From assembly GCA_018175075.1 (NCBI GenBank), contig GCA_018175075.1_4100.1: a DNA stretch of 64,000 nt, one strand, 5' to 3'. This document shows positions 8,800 through 17,657 of this stretch, in pieces; position 1 is the stretch's first letter, and the number at the start of each line of letters is the position of its first letter. The notes under the pieces were generated by a model that was given only the letters and a program-made list of their open reading frames with translations, was not told the DNA's origin and made no database searches. Made by a program: the position numbers and the translations under genes. The stretch is from a phage.

Positions 8800-10059
8800 A
8801 TGCCACAAGATAATGGGGATATGAAACATCGTAATGGTGGACTAGTACAACACTCGGATAAATGGGCCGACCGAAATCGTCGCAAAAATAGTTATCAAGC
8901 AGGACAAGGTTCACGTGGTTCCAGAAACCAAGGAACGGGACTTGCTGGTAAGGCAAACGCAGAAGCAGGTGAAGTTAAGAGTACTGAGAACATGACTGAG
9001 CTAGAAAAGCTACGTTATGTTAATTCATTGGGACTTCTTAATGCTACACAAAAACAACGTCTAGCTGATATGGAACGTGAAGAAAAAGAAAAGTCTGCTC
9101 CTGCGAAAGAAGAACCAAAACAAGAAGCACCAAAGGCGGTTAACCCTGTCAAAGAACTGTCTGATAAGTTAGGTAAGATTTTTGCTAATAAACCACAACT
9201 TATCCAAGGTATTGTGAAAGAATTGCAATCTGTACCTAAAGAAGAATTAAAAGTCAAAGCACAAGCTGTACTTGATGCAATGAGTGGAAATACCAGTACT
9301 GAACCAACTGAAGTATTCAGTACTATAATGCGTGCACTTGAAGGTACGCAACAAGGTGATGTGCCTGCACAAGAGGAAGTAAGTCTTGAAAGCGTACTTA
9401 AAACATTTGATAGTATTGGTAAAGAAGACCGTGCTAATGCTCAACAAGTTAAGAATGTACTAGCTAAGTTAGAAAACCGTCTGGAAGGTAAAGACGATAA
9501 GATTAAATTAGTATCTGATGCAGTTAACGATGCACTTAAATCTTATGTACAAGGTGAAAAGAGTCGTTTTGTAACTGCAATGGATGCTGCATTCAATACT
9601 ATGAAAAAGTATGAAGCTGATCATGGTGAGAAGGTTACACGAGATGGTTATCTGATGCGTGATGATGAAGAAGGTGCAGTAGAACAGAATGATGTTCATT
9701 CAGACGAAGAAATTGATGACATGGAAGCTGAACTGTCACAAGACCGCCAAATGACTGAAAAATCCCATAACGAACTACAGAAATTAATGCAATGGGTTGC
9801 AGATGTTGGTGAAAAAGCTGGTGCTGATAAGAAGAGTATAAACCGAAATCTTAGTTGGATTAAAGATAAAGTTGGTAACAACGCTCGTAAACTACAAAAA
9901 GCGTGGACTGATGTAGTGAATGGTGCTGTTGACATTGATGTTGAATCCGGTGAGGCATATGATTATGCATTGACTACACTTGATGACTCTTTCCGTGATT
10001 ACGAAAATGGAAATGTAACTCCTTGGGAAAAGGATATCATGAGCAAATACGGTAAATGA
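8800..10059 (+). CDS. acidic low-complexity protein
   Basis: 419 aa, E/K/D/A-rich; AGAGGA SD; LRYVNSLGLLNATQ motif. Confidence 0.65.
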   Translation: MPQDNGDMKHRNGGLVQHSDKWADRNRRKNSYQAGQGSRGSRNQGTGLAGKANAEAGEVKSTENMTELEKLRYVNSLGLLNATQKQRLADMEREEKEKSAPAKEEPKQEAPKAVNPVKELSDKLGKIFANKPQLIQGIVKELQSVPKEELKVKAQAVLDAMSGNTSTEPTEVFSTIMRALEGTQQGDVPAQEEVSLESVLKTFDSIGKEDRANAQQVKNVLAKLENRLEGKDDKIKLVSDAVNDALKSYVQGEKSRFVTAMDAAFNTMKKYEADHGEKVTRDGYLMRDDEEGAVEQNDVHSDEEIDDMEAELSQDRQMTEKSHNELQKLMQWVADVGEKAGADKKSINRNLSWIKDKVGNNARKLQKAWTDVVNGAVDIDVESGEAYDYALTTLDDSFRDYENGNVTPWEKDIMSKYGK

Positions 10060-10069
10060 TAAAACAAAA

Positions 10070-10095
10070 GGTTGACTTCGGTCAGCCTTTTTTTT
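10070..10095 (+). terminator. intrinsic terminator of the same hairpin family
   Basis: GGTTGAC-TTCG-GTCAGCC + T8; no good -10 downstream. Confidence 0.65.
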
Positions 10096-10131
10096 GTAAA
10101 TACAAAAGAGGAATTAAGAAGAGGGATTACA

Positions 10132-10383
10132 ATGAAAAAATATATTATATTTGGAATTGTATTATTTTCCAGTACTGCTTATGGTGCAGATTATCATTGC
10201 TCCGTAGCAAGGCAGGATTTCAGAAATGGGGAGTTCTATACTACCTCATACACAAAAGGAATAATACACGACACCGACAGAACTATTGGATTTAATGTGT
10301 TTGACAACAAAGATTCATATACTTCAGGTATACTATCTGAGCATAAGACTGATGTAATGGGAATAGAAAAAGAGTTCCGGTGA
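10132..10383 (+). CDS. secreted small protein (two-Cys family, possibly truncated)
   Basis: signal peptide MKKYIIFGIVLFSSTAYGADY; only the N-proximal Cys is present. Confidence 0.55.
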   Translation: MKKYIIFGIVLFSSTAYGADYHCSVARQDFRNGEFYTTSYTKGIIHDTDRTIGFNVFDNKDSYTSGILSEHKTDVMGIEKEFR

Positions 10384-10393
10384 TTCAGTAGTA

Positions 10394-10717
10394 ATGTGCA
10401 ATGACATTGAAAGTACTAAAACAATTTATTATAATAATGAACGTAACTATCGTTTTCATAATTTAACCACAAATAAAAGTTTACTATTTTACAATTGTAA
10501 AGAAGTAATACTCCCATCAGACAATAGCTGTACTCCAACTAATCAACCCCCAGCACAATGTAATACTCCCTCTGAACCTGATAAAAATAAAAAAGACAAA
10601 GATAAAGATAAAAAAGAAGACAAAAAACCTTTAAAAGATAAAAAGAAAGATAAAAAACCTAATCCGTTTAAAAATAATAAACCAGCACAACCCGATATGA
10701 CATGTAAAATAAAATAA
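10394..10717 (+). CDS. hypothetical protein with KD-rich tail
   Basis: 107 aa; no SD; FYNCKEV then KDKDKDKK repeats. Confidence 0.4.
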   Translation: MCNDIESTKTIYYNNERNYRFHNLTTNKSLLFYNCKEVILPSDNSCTPTNQPPAQCNTPSEPDKNKKDKDKDKKEDKKPLKDKKKDKKPNPFKNNKPAQPDMTCKIK

Positions 10718-10726
10718 GGATATATA

Positions 10727-11146
10727 ATGAAAAAGATTTTTTTAAGTATTATTTTAGTACTTTTTAGTTTTAATGTATATGCAGCAGATGCTAAACAGGT
10801 TGCAAATACAGTAAAAGATGTTATAGTAGATAATGCTCCTACATTAGAGGAAATTGGGGTAAAAACTTGTGATATAGTAATATATAATTTAGTTAATGAT
10901 GAACGAGTTATGTTGAATACGTATGAACAAGTAGTCCCATTGGTTGAATCTGGTGATGCTTTTAGCTTTACATATAAAGTTAAATTAACAGGAGGGGTTG
11001 AAGTTAATCTTGACATTGATACCGCTTCAGTACTAAAAGATAAACTAGGATATGTGTTCAATCGTATTCGTGAAGAAGGTCATCTTAAGTATGTTTATGA
11101 AAGTAAAATACTAAAACGTGCAATAGTTATAGAAAACTGTAAATGA
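10727..11146 (+). CDS. secreted small protein, two-Cys family
   Basis: signal peptide ...FSFNVYAADA; internal Cys and C-terminal ENCK. Confidence 0.65.
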   Translation: MKKIFLSIILVLFSFNVYAADAKQVANTVKDVIVDNAPTLEEIGVKTCDIVIYNLVNDERVMLNTYEQVVPLVESGDAFSFTYKVKLTGGVEVNLDIDTASVLKDKLGYVFNRIREEGHLKYVYESKILKRAIVIENCK

Positions 11147-11154
11147 TAATAAAA

Positions 11155-11187
11155 GGGTTGACTTCGGTCAGCCTTTTTTGTTATGAT
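11155..11187 (+). promoter_or_regulatory. fused terminator-promoter hairpin module
   Basis: GGTTGAC-TTCG-GTCAGCC + T6; TTGACT-N18-TATGAT. Confidence 0.6.
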
Positions 11188-11215
11188 GTTGGTATTAACT
11201 ACAGAGGATAAAGTA

Positions 11216-11857
11216 ATGACTAAGCAAGACATATTCAAAACTTTAATTGACATTTTGCGTCCATCAAAAACTCGTTGTGCGATGGAGTTTGATATTCCTT
11301 ATGCTGAACGCGTAATCTTTCCACAAGTTAAAGCTGCTGGACTTACTTTGCTTGGAATGGGGATGTACTCTGTAGTAGTTGAACATAAAAACTATCATGG
11401 ACGTGCATTTAAAGTAACCACTTCACGCTGGGATGGTTTTCGTGCTTATGCAAAGTACTGCATTGAAAACGCAGGAACCAAGTTTCTTCCAGTGATCTAC
11501 AGTGCCAACGAACAAGGAAACTTTGGATGGTATGAGATGGACAAGTACTATCCTATAATTAAACAAAAAAATAATTATGATGACTTTGTTAGTACTAAAA
11601 TTGGAGATTTATATTCTTATGCACATGCTGGTCAGTACGCTACTTCAGTGAATGATATGCGTGGAAATTCTGAAGAGATTGCTATTGCAACGGTCGCTGC
11701 TAACATCATGAAAGAGTTTCACGGGCGTTTTGTACCAGACATTCATTCAAGTAATGTGATGATGGATAAAGATGGCAATGTATTCATTACTGATCCTCTT
11801 TCGTGTGATGTACGTAGAGAAATACCAGTTACTGAAGAAGATCCAGTTTTTTATTGA
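11216..11857 (+). CDS. protein-kinase-like protein (mini-kinase 1)
   Basis: LLGMGMYSVVV...RAFKV (G-loop/Lys), PDIHSSNVMMDKDGNVFITDP (catalytic loop, DxG); GAGGA SD. Confidence 0.55.
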   Translation: MTKQDIFKTLIDILRPSKTRCAMEFDIPYAERVIFPQVKAAGLTLLGMGMYSVVVEHKNYHGRAFKVTTSRWDGFRAYAKYCIENAGTKFLPVIYSANEQGNFGWYEMDKYYPIIKQKNNYDDFVSTKIGDLYSYAHAGQYATSVNDMRGNSEEIAIATVAANIMKEFHGRFVPDIHSSNVMMDKDGNVFITDPLSCDVRREIPVTEEDPVFY

Positions 11858-11918
11858 CAGAACTGATGTTCTGGTGTATTCTTAATAAACCATAAAAATT
11901 GCGGTAAAGGATAAAATC

Positions 11919-12200
11919 ATGCGTTCATTTGAAAACTTAATAGGTAAGCATCTTTTATCTGAAATTGATGCAGACGTTAAAGAATTATCCAAATCAAAAA
12001 GTTACATTCATTTGGATGAACTGTTTATTAAGTACGGTGAGATTGGTTTTAAGTCATTATTTGTTTTTACTATGAAAGTACATAGTTTAAAGTACTTCGA
12101 TTTGAGTTCTAAAGATGGTGAACCGAATCTATATTACATGTATTACCTTAAGAACAAAGATGAAGCTAATACATTACTCTCTGAATATATATTGGGGTAA
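11919..12200 (+). CDS. hypothetical protein
   Basis: 93 aa; AAGGA SD. Confidence 0.6.
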   Translation: MRSFENLIGKHLLSEIDADVKELSKSKSYIHLDELFIKYGEIGFKSLFVFTMKVHSLKYFDLSSKDGEPNLYYMYYLKNKDEANTLLSEYILG

Positions 12201-12202
12201 AA

Positions 12203-12541
12203 ATGGAACAATATTTTGAATTAATAAACAAAGTATCATTTTATGTAGTATCTTTGGTTTGGGTGTATTATATGTTTTGCTATATTATTGCATTCTTCCG
12301 ATATACTACTTTATATGAACGTATCTACTATGATGCCCCAATTTCATTCTTGATGTTTTGTGCATGTACGTGGGGAATATTAGAAGTACTGATATGTGGG
12401 TATAGTACTGATGAATTAAATCTGGTATCGGTGTTGACTGGGTTTTCATTTGTTGTTATGATAGCTGCCGTTCCAGTATGGTTGTTCTTTGGACTAGTTC
12501 ATCGCATTGATATATGGCGTTCTAATATCCCTGAAAAGTAA
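12203..12541 (+). CDS. membrane protein, TM-FK paralog family
   Basis: 112 aa; TM1 then AFFRY motif; tail WRSNIPEK. Confidence 0.65.
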   Translation: MEQYFELINKVSFYVVSLVWVYYMFCYIIAFFRYTTLYERIYYDAPISFLMFCACTWGILEVLICGYSTDELNLVSVLTGFSFVVMIAAVPVWLFFGLVHRIDIWRSNIPEK

Positions 12542-12550
12542 GGATTGGAA

Positions 12551-12892
12551 ATGATTTATTACACTAACATGTTTGCCTATGCTGTTGCTTGCATTTACAT
12601 TGTTTACTTCTTATTCGGTGGAGTACTGTGCTTCTTTAAGTACAAAACGTTGTTCAACCGAATGTACCCAAATCATCCAATTGTAGTTGTACTTTTGATT
12701 CTTTCAGTTTCTCAAATAATCGTTGAAACTACAATGGGTATCAGTAGTGTACATTATAGTTTTGGCACTATAGTAATTATTACTATGCTTATTGCATACA
12801 TTTTAGTACTTGGATATGGTATCTTTGGTAATATTGGTATGAAAATGTATCATCGAATTAAAACATTACGTGATAATCTACCGGAGCGTTGA
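12551..12892 (+). CDS. membrane protein, TM-FK paralog family
   Basis: ATG start (track uses TTG at 12545); CFFKYKTLFNRMYP; tail LRDNLPER. Confidence 0.65.
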   Translation: MIYYTNMFAYAVACIYIVYFLFGGVLCFFKYKTLFNRMYPNHPIVVVLLILSVSQIIVETTMGISSVHYSFGTIVIITMLIAYILVLGYGIFGNIGMKMYHRIKTLRDNLPER

Positions 12893-12893
12893 T

Positions 12894-13238
12894 ATGTATA
12901 ATTTGAACCTAATCTCATATATTATAACAACACTGTTTACATTCTATGCCTTTGTTGGTATAATCCTACTGTACTTTAAATTTTATAAAGTGTTTAACCG
13001 TTTCTATCCTTCAATGGAGAATGAGTTTTTCTTTGTGTTGTACGTAGGTTACACATTAATGGCTACATGTTTCACTGTAGCCGATGGTGTCATCGGCATT
13101 AAAACTGATTCCCCAAATGGTAGTACGCTGGTTGCATTTATTCTTACTGGATTCCTTGCAACTTATATTGCCTTCATTACAACATGGTCAGTGGTTGAAT
13201 TTCTCTTGCGACTACGAAAGAATATGCCGAATCGATAG
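12894..13238 (+). CDS. membrane protein, TM-FK paralog family
   Basis: GGAG SD; LYFKFYKVFNRFYP; tail LRKNMPNR. Confidence 0.65.
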   Translation: MYNLNLISYIITTLFTFYAFVGIILLYFKFYKVFNRFYPSMENEFFFVLYVGYTLMATCFTVADGVIGIKTDSPNGSTLVAFILTGFLATYIAFITTWSVVEFLLRLRKNMPNR

Positions 13239-13247
13239 GAGACATAT

Positions 13248-13502
13248 ATGTTTGCGTTGCGTAATAAAAACACTAAAGAATTATTATGTATTGATACCGT
13301 ATGGGATTGTGCGGGATCAACTACAGTTCTTGAAGAAGGAACTGGATATTGCGTGTTTGTTGTTCATGATAGGAATGAACTCGAATTATTACTTGCTGAG
13401 TTCAATGCTGGTGGTAATCCTAACAGTACTGAATACCCTGAGATTATCAATCCAGCACCACCAGGCTCTTATGAAATTCTACAACTGTGGGAGTTGAAGT
13501 AA
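13248..13502 (+). CDS. hypothetical protein (paralog of 15366..15635)
   Basis: 84 aa; AGGAG SD; MFALRNKN... resembles MYALYNKE... Confidence 0.6.
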   Translation: MFALRNKNTKELLCIDTVWDCAGSTTVLEEGTGYCVFVVHDRNELELLLAEFNAGGNPNSTEYPEIINPAPPGSYEILQLWELK

Positions 13503-13882
13503 TGCGTCAAATGCACAAAGTAACCGAGCTAAACAAGCGTCTGGTTAAACAATCAATGTTCGAGGATAAAGAGTCTTATTATAACTTTAAACGTGCTGTA
13601 GAGGCTGCTATCCACATTCAGAAGCTTAAAGAACGTGGTTGTATTATTCTGGAAAATGGGTCGGAAGTTGTAACGGATGACTTTAGTGTAGCGTTTGATG
13701 TTTCACCTGACGGGACGCTATCAATGCCCCGCTTAGGAACTGGAAACATGACTGTTTGGGTTGGCTTCACTATGGGGAATGTACCTGGTACTGTGTACGT
13801 AGATGATGCGGAATTGAAAGACAGTTTCAAAAACTTATCTTATCTTGAACCACAATACGCACATGAAATGAATTTATTTTGA
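13502..13882 (+). CDS. hypothetical protein
   Basis: 126 aa from MRQMHK; TAATG coupling. Confidence 0.6.
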   Translation: MRQMHKVTELNKRLVKQSMFEDKESYYNFKRAVEAAIHIQKLKERGCIILENGSEVVTDDFSVAFDVSPDGTLSMPRLGTGNMTVWVGFTMGNVPGTVYVDDAELKDSFKNLSYLEPQYAHEMNLF

Positions 13883-13883
13883 G

Positions 13884-13941
13884 TTGACAAACACATTCAG
13901 TACTGTATAATGCTTATCAAGGGGATGAACTTCTCATCCCT
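13884..13941 (+). promoter_or_regulatory. promoter + 5'UTR hairpin unit
   Basis: TTGACA-N16-TGTATAAT, then GGGATGA-ACTTC-TCATCCC, then GAGGA SD. Confidence 0.6.
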
Positions 13942-13958
13942 ACAATCGAGGAACTACC

Positions 13959-14513
13959 ATGATTACTTTTAAGAAAACTGCTAACCACATCCATGAAATC
14001 TACATTAACGGTCACAAAGCTGGCCTTCTTCGTTTACTCGCCCATCATCCTGATGTTACCGTATCTGATAATGAACCTAAAGATTGGCGTGTATTTTTCT
14101 TTGGAAAGTACAGTGATTTTCAAGTATCAAACCTGAAGAACATTCGTTCAGTATGCACGTTAACTGAAATTAAAGAAAAGTTAGAAAAAGCATTGAAAAC
14201 TAATCCAGATGGTGTTCTTCCACCTGATAACTTTGTAGAGAAAGGTTATGCATTAGCTCATTTCAAAGATGGTACTATTCAATCTATCAGTACTGAATAT
14301 GAATATCAATGGACTGAGTACTTCACTTATGGATCGCGTAATACATTGATGGCTTCACGTAGTAAATTGGAAGAAGTACTGACTCGTATGAATGAACGCG
14401 AACGTCAATTTTATGACAAACCAGAAATGTGGAGTTCAACTTACATTGACCGTATTGACTATGTTATTATGACTCCAATCTTTGACACTGCTTACTATGA
14501 TTCTTTGAAATAA
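13959..14513 (+). CDS. hypothetical protein
   Basis: 184 aa; own promoter + GGGATGA/TCATCCC leader hairpin + GAGGA SD. Confidence 0.65.
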   Translation: MITFKKTANHIHEIYINGHKAGLLRLLAHHPDVTVSDNEPKDWRVFFFGKYSDFQVSNLKNIRSVCTLTEIKEKLEKALKTNPDGVLPPDNFVEKGYALAHFKDGTIQSISTEYEYQWTEYFTYGSRNTLMASRSKLEEVLTRMNERERQFYDKPEMWSSTYIDRIDYVIMTPIFDTAYYDSLK

Positions 14514-14524
14514 GGATAACTTAT

Positions 14525-14701
14525 ATGAAACTACGTACTCGTAATCGACTGATGGATGCACTGTACCATGAACAGCTTTCACTGAATGAAGTGAAGCGAC
14601 AGTTAATGTACACATATCTGTTACCCGCTCGCATTGCAAAACAACGTGCTAAAGAATTGCTGAAAGAAGCAATCGAGTACTGGGAATCTGATTCGTACTA
14701 A
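14525..14701 (+). CDS. hypothetical small protein
   Basis: 58 aa, below track cutoff; AAGGA SD; MKLRTRNRLMDALYHEQ... Confidence 0.45.
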   Translation: MKLRTRNRLMDALYHEQLSLNEVKRQLMYTYLLPARIAKQRAKELLKEAIEYWESDSY

Positions 14702-14729
14702 TTGTCACGTTAATTAAGTGAGGCGATAA

Positions 14730-14981
14730 ATGAAAATTTTATTAGTTCTAATACTACTAATTGTTTTACCATTTACGTTAGTATCCCCTGAACTTGCATG
14801 GAATGTGTTTGTGTACTTACTATGTACTATTGTAGTAAATGGTATCTTGTTCTTAGTTCTATTCATAAATGGAATAGGACACGGTGGAGGATGGACCAGT
14901 ACTGCTGATATTGTACATAAAACCACTATGTCTTTATTTGTAGTGTGGAATTTATTCTGGACTTGGTTTGTGTTCTTCTAA
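14730..14981 (+). CDS. small membrane protein
   Basis: 83 aa, three hydrophobic helices; GAGG SD. Confidence 0.6.
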   Translation: MKILLVLILLIVLPFTLVSPELAWNVFVYLLCTIVVNGILFLVLFINGIGHGGGWTSTADIVHKTTMSLFVVWNLFWTWFVFF

Positions 14982-14992
14982 TTAAAAAAAAT

Positions 14993-15364
14993 ATGAATAT
15001 AGATTTGAAAGGTGCAACACGAACTGTCATACTCATTGGGGAATATGCTATCAAGATTCCAACCTTTAAAAGTTGGAAGCTATTCTTAACAGGGATGATA
15101 GCTAACCTCAATGAATGTTCGTGGATGCAGTACTCCAAGCGTAGTAATAGTGGTATCTGCCCTACGTTGTGGTCATCATGTACTGGACTAGTAACTGTAC
15201 AGAAACGTTGTAAGCCAGTACAACATAGGGGTTTATTTTGGGTGGAGTTGTGTGCTTTAGCATTGGATTCAGAGTTAAGTACTGACTTCTTCTATTCAGA
15301 TGCGAAGCCAGAAAACTTTGGGTATCTGTGTGGTAAGTTGGTTAAACTTGATTATGGAGATTAA
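14993..15364 (+). CDS. protein-kinase-like protein (mini-kinase 2, 123 aa)
   Basis: GEYAIKIP (VAIK-like Lys), SDAKPENFG...KLVKLDYGD (DxKxxN + DxG); start at MNIDLKG. Confidence 0.45.
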   Translation: MNIDLKGATRTVILIGEYAIKIPTFKSWKLFLTGMIANLNECSWMQYSKRSNSGICPTLWSSCTGLVTVQKRCKPVQHRGLFWVELCALALDSELSTDFFYSDAKPENFGYLCGKLVKLDYGD

Positions 15365-15365
15365 T

Positions 15366-15635
15366 ATGTACGCACTGTATAATAAAGAAAAGAAACGATT
15401 TGCTAAGGTTGAAATTTCGATTGATACATTTGACATGTTGGAGTACTGTATTGTAACGGACTTATATGCTAACTTGTATTACGTTCTTGATGACGTATCA
15501 GTACTGCAACGATTGCTTGAGAATTCCAAAAGTCAATGCCAGGACATCCATGATGGTTCATCTTATGAAACACCTGAGTGTCCCCACGGGCAACTCGATG
15601 GGTATGAGATTGTTAAGTTGGGAATTGTTGAGTAA
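15366..15635 (+). CDS. hypothetical protein (paralog of 13248..13502)
   Basis: 89 aa; GGAG SD; start at MYALYNK. Confidence 0.6.
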   Translation: MYALYNKEKKRFAKVEISIDTFDMLEYCIVTDLYANLYYVLDDVSVLQRLLENSKSQCQDIHDGSSYETPECPHGQLDGYEIVKLGIVE

Positions 15636-15641
15636 AAGGTA

Positions 15642-15670
15642 TTGACACCGTACTCATTTAACTGTATTAT
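15642..15670 (+). promoter_or_regulatory. sigma70-type promoter
   Basis: TTGACA-N17-TATTAT. Confidence 0.55.
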
Positions 15671-15700
15671 GTATGTACACCAACTAATGAGGAATCGGAA

Positions 15701-16060
15701 ATGGCATCTTTATCTGAAATCACTGAACTGAATCCACTGGTAATTAGTACTGTTCAACGCACCAAGACGTTTTACTTCCGTCCTGCTGATGGATGGAAAC
15801 GTGGAATGAATGGTGACTATCGAGTACTGGAAGATTCGCTCATCGAGCGTATCAACTCTGAACTACAGAAGTATGAAGGTGTTAAAGTTGTCCGTTCAAC
15901 TTCTCGTTATTTTGAGTACTACATTGAGTCTTCAACTGTAAATGAAAACTCATCATTCTCGGTGGATAACACTGATATTCTTCGCAATGCAGTTGGTTTG
16001 CTATGCAACATTGCAGAAGAAATGGGATTAACTATCACCACAATGAGTGAGTTAGAATAG
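15701..16060 (+). CDS. hypothetical protein
   Basis: 119 aa; TTGACA-N17-TATTAT promoter at 15642; GAGGA SD. Confidence 0.6.
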   Translation: MASLSEITELNPLVISTVQRTKTFYFRPADGWKRGMNGDYRVLEDSLIERINSELQKYEGVKVVRSTSRYFEYYIESSTVNENSSFSVDNTDILRNAVGLLCNIAEEMGLTITTMSELE

Positions 16061-16070
16061 AATAAAAAAA

Positions 16071-16102
16071 GGGTTGACTTAGGTCGGCCCTTTTGCTATT
16101 AT
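16071..16102 (+). promoter_or_regulatory. fused terminator-promoter hairpin module
   Basis: GGGTTGAC-TTAG-GTCGGCCC + T4; TTGACT-N17-TATTAT. Confidence 0.65.
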
Positions 16103-16130
16103 ATCTATATCGAAACGAAGGAGACAAACC

Positions 16131-16904
16131 ATGACCCGTCAAGAGAAAGCAATCCAAATCGAAAAAAACTTCAATAGCATGATGGCTGCACTGGAATGCC
16201 TTCTTGATACACAAGCTAACTCTATCAACTCTCTGATCGTATCAGGTAAAGGTGGTGTTGGTAAAACTTATAACGTTGACCAACGGTTGCAGAAAGCTGA
16301 TGATAACTTTGAAATCGACTACAAGAAAATCAGTGGTAAAGTAACTACTTTGGGTCTGTACGAAGCACTGTATCGTTCACGTCATGCCGCATCAGTACTG
16401 TTACTTGATGACGTTGATATCTTCTCTGACGAGACTAACATTGATTTGCTTAAAGCTGTGTTGGATACGTCAGAGAAGCGTGTAGTTTCTTACGCGACTT
16501 CTGCTAAGTACCTGGAACAGCAGGGTATCCCTAAGCAGTTTGAATTCCGTGGTAAAGTAATCTTTCTGACTAACAAAAACCTGTCACAGATTGCTAAAGG
16601 TAAAAGCAGCTTAGCACCACACATCGATGCACTGATCACTCGTAGTATCTTTGTTGACCTGCAACTGTTCACCAACGAAGAAGTGATGATTCACATTGAG
16701 AACATCATGAACAAAACTAACATCCTTGAAAACAATGGTGTTAACAAAAATGGTTGTAAAGCAATCCTGAATTGGATGCTGAACAACGAAGAACGTTTGC
16801 GTAGTCCATCACTGCGTATGCCAGTACTGATCGCTGGTTTGTATAATAAATTCCCATACGATTGGGAATCAATGGCAGAGAATATGTTCCTTGAGAAAAT
16901 TTAA
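16131..16904 (+). CDS. P-loop NTPase (AAA-like)
   Basis: Walker A SGKGGVGKT, Walker B VLLLDDVD; AAGGAG SD. Confidence 0.8.
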   Translation: MTRQEKAIQIEKNFNSMMAALECLLDTQANSINSLIVSGKGGVGKTYNVDQRLQKADDNFEIDYKKISGKVTTLGLYEALYRSRHAASVLLLDDVDIFSDETNIDLLKAVLDTSEKRVVSYATSAKYLEQQGIPKQFEFRGKVIFLTNKNLSQIAKGKSSLAPHIDALITRSIFVDLQLFTNEEVMIHIENIMNKTNILENNGVNKNGCKAILNWMLNNEERLRSPSLRMPVLIAGLYNKFPYDWESMAENMFLEKI

Positions 16905-16913
16905 TTACATGTA

Positions 16914-16942
16914 TTGACAGTACTACACTATGGTAGTACTAT
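16914..16942 (+). promoter_or_regulatory. sigma70-type promoter
   Basis: TTGACA-N17-TACTAT, two AGTACT sites in the spacer. Confidence 0.5.
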
Positions 16943-16971
16943 AACTTAATATTCACCACCGGAGATACGAT

Positions 16972-17310
16972 ATGCTTGAGTTTTTTAATTCAGATACAAT
17001 GATTAGTATTACTTTGATTTATCTGTTTGGTTTTTTCTTTTATCATGCACTGGTTGTAGTACTGTGGTATTTTAAAAAGAAAATTGTTTTTAAACTGTAT
17101 CCAGTAAGGAATTCATCACTAGTTCTTTACACACTAGTTCAAGGTTTGTTTGCAATTGTTGGTCTTATGGCACACTTAATTTATTGTGCCAATCCTCACT
17201 TGAACTCAATCTCACAATATATTGTATTCTTTGGGTTGTTCATTTGGTTAGTTGTATACTTAATCCATCTCATTATTCATGGTAGAGATAAAATTCGCGG
17301 AGACTTCTAA
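16972..17310 (+). CDS. membrane protein, TM-FK paralog family
   Basis: 112 aa; VLWYFKKKIVFKLYP; GGAG SD. Confidence 0.65.
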   Translation: MLEFFNSDTMISITLIYLFGFFFYHALVVVLWYFKKKIVFKLYPVRNSSLVLYTLVQGLFAIVGLMAHLIYCANPHLNSISQYIVFFGLFIWLVVYLIHLIIHGRDKIRGDF

Positions 17311-17657
17311 TGTTTGAAGCTTATCTTGAGTTTTTAAGGAGTAGTTCAGTTGCACATTCACTTGCAGGGATTATTCTAACAACTTATGTATCATTTTGGG
17401 TAGTTATGTTTCTAGGATGGTATTTTAAACGACAATTCTATAAACGTAATGGTGAAGATTTTATGAATTCTGCCATTAATCAATCGTTGTTTGCATCAAC
17501 ATTGATTGCATGTATTGTAGCAACACTCACAGGAAAGGTACTACCAGCTTTTTCCGCAGTTTACGGCACACTTGGGATGATATGTTTAACTTTTATATTG
17601 ACCATTAAAATTTGTTGTGTTATGATTGAACTTCGAAATAAGATACCGGAGGAATGA
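17310..17657 (+). CDS. membrane protein, TM-FK paralog family
   Basis: 115 aa; GWYFKRQFYKR; tail LRNKIPEE. Confidence 0.65.
   Translation: MFEAYLEFLRSSSVAHSLAGIILTTYVSFWVVMFLGWYFKRQFYKRNGEDFMNSAINQSLFASTLIACIVATLTGKVLPAFSAVYGTLGMICLTFILTIKICCVMIELRNKIPEE

Noticed and set aside
13084-13497. 137-aa ORF overlapping 12894..13238 and 13248..13502, and similar overlapping ORFs (6716..6898, 10056..10295, 48088..48318, 46645..46866)
   Set aside because: They are out of frame with better-supported genes that have SD sites and family membership.
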